Origin: Guillardia theta CCMP2712
Lineage: Eukaryota; Protista; Cryptophyta
DNA: 36,140 nucleotides
NCBI RefSeq assembly: GCF_000315625.1
Contig: NW_005434673.1
Coordinates: 1,387,739-1,423,878, forward strand
Reading direction: 5' to 3'
Of this stretch, positions 34,822 through 36,140 are shown in pieces. The notes beneath the pieces are model-generated. The model was given only the letters and a program-made list of their open reading frames with translations, was not told where the DNA came from and ran no database searches. Within the stretch, counting starts at the first letter, position 1; each line of letters opens with the position of its first letter. The position numbers and the translations under genes were made by a program.

Positions 34822-36140
34822 TCAAGTCGATTTGGAGAAAATTTCTTGCTCGGACTCTTTCACGTGGATGCTATAGCTATGATCCTGCTGCTGCTGCTGC
34901 TGCTGCTGCTGCGTCCTCCTCTCCACAATCACCTGCTAGGCGTCAGCTGCACTTGCCGCCCCTCGTTGGCTCACCTTGTTGCTTGACGCGTCCCACCACC
35001 TCGTCGACTGCACTGTGAGCTGAACCTACCGATGCATGTGAGGAGGAAGGATGGGAAAAGAATTAAGCAGAGAAAGAGGAAGGAGAGGGGAGGAACGAAA
35101 CAAAGAAGGGGAGAGAGAAGGAAGGAAGCAGAGAATGGGGGGCAAGAGAGTTGAGGACAGGACAAGACAGGACAGGACAGGACAGGACAGGACAGGAGGT
35201 ACCAAGCTGCTCGCTGGTCCCTTGACGAGTAGGCGGAGTTCCTGCAAGAGAAATGAGTGGAAGAGAGCGAAAAAGAGAAGAGGAGAAGGAGAGGGAGAAG
35301 GGGCTACACACCTCGACAGCAAGCGCCTCAACGGGGATGTCGTTGACTGCGATGATCTAGAGCACAAGAGGTGAGAGATGCGAGAGGACAGCAGCAGCTG
35401 TAAAGGTGAGCGAGAGGGGGCAGACAAGAGCGGGGAGGAGGGGAGCGACAAGAAGAAGTAGAGAAGAGAAGCGAGGAAATATGATCAGGTAGGATGCAAA
35501 TAGAGGAGCGAGGAGAGAAAACGAGGAAGAGAAATGAGCAGGCAGGAGGAAAGGTCGGAGAAGACCTCGTGATGGTGTAAGGCCAGATGGAGGAGATGCC
35601 GATGCCAACGCCGCACCAGGTCTCGCGTCCTTCGACCTGATCCGGATTTTGCTGGAGAGGAGGATGAGCATTAGGAGCAAGAGGAGCAGGAGGAGCAGGG
35701 AAGGGGCAGGAGAGCAGGAGGAGCAGGAGGAGCAGGCCGGAGGAGAAGGACGCAGGCCGGAGGAGGAGGAGATTGGAAGGAGGAGGAGTGCCTCGTGTCG
35801 CTGTGAAGAAGCACAAGGAGGAGCAAGGGCAGAGGGGAGGGACATGAAGAACGGCAGCAGAAGCAGGGAGGACAGAAGCATCGCGGAGAACGGAAGAGGG
35901 AGAAGGAAGGATGAAGGAGGAGGAAGAAGAGAGAGAGGAAGAGGAAGAAGAGGAAGAAGAGCAAGGGGGTGATTTTTACTAGGAACCAAACACATTGAGC
36001 AATTAATCCCCATCAGAGTTGCAAGAAGCGTTGAACATGAAACCCACACGCCAACTCCATGGCAGTGAACGAGAAAAGAAGAGAAAAGCGAGGAGAGGAG
36101 TGGAGTGGAGAGGAGAGTAGAGGAGGAGGTAGGAAAAAGA
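34822..36140 (-). pseudogene. 3' exons of the PDZ gene (copy C)
   Basis: CGVGIGISSIWPYTITR, IIAVNDIPVEALAVE, ELRLLVKGPASSL and VQLTVQSTRWWDASSNK exons with GT-AG introns. Confidence 0.7.

Larger units (their letters stand above)
30237..36140 (+). repeat. Next tandem unit, running off the window end
   Basis: Same order and near-identical sequence to 22870 onward. Confidence 0.9.

Overview
Eukaryotic, GC-rich, microsatellite-rich draft sequence with several N gaps and many short GT-AG introns carrying CTGAC-type branch sites. The style resembles the cryptophyte Guillardia theta; this is an inference and was not checked. All domain calls below are by-eye motif recognition, not database searches. 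The left ~8 kb holds three spliced genes: the 3' end of an RPAP3_C-domain gene; a minus-strand gene whose retinol-dehydrogenase-like SDR fold appears split by inserted C2/PH-like domains; and a secreted Cys-rich protein with a ZU5-like HFS motif. From 7.6 kb on the window is a rearrangement and amplification zone. There is a ~4.5 kb palindrome (7576-12108) built around an older, diverged inverted-repeat core. It is followed by four copies of an intronless coiled-coil + P-loop NTPase + PD-(D/E)xK-type nuclease gene of the Crinkler/RHS (CR) type: one old pseudogene, one frameshifted inverted copy and two intact ORFs. The three recent copies sit in a chimeric ~7.4-7.7 kb unit (piggyBac-like transposase 3' remnant, CR gene, broken double-CDGSH gene, broken two-PDZ gene), arranged as a fold-back inversion followed by a tandem array. 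Only the CR ORF stays intact, while the passenger sequences decay.
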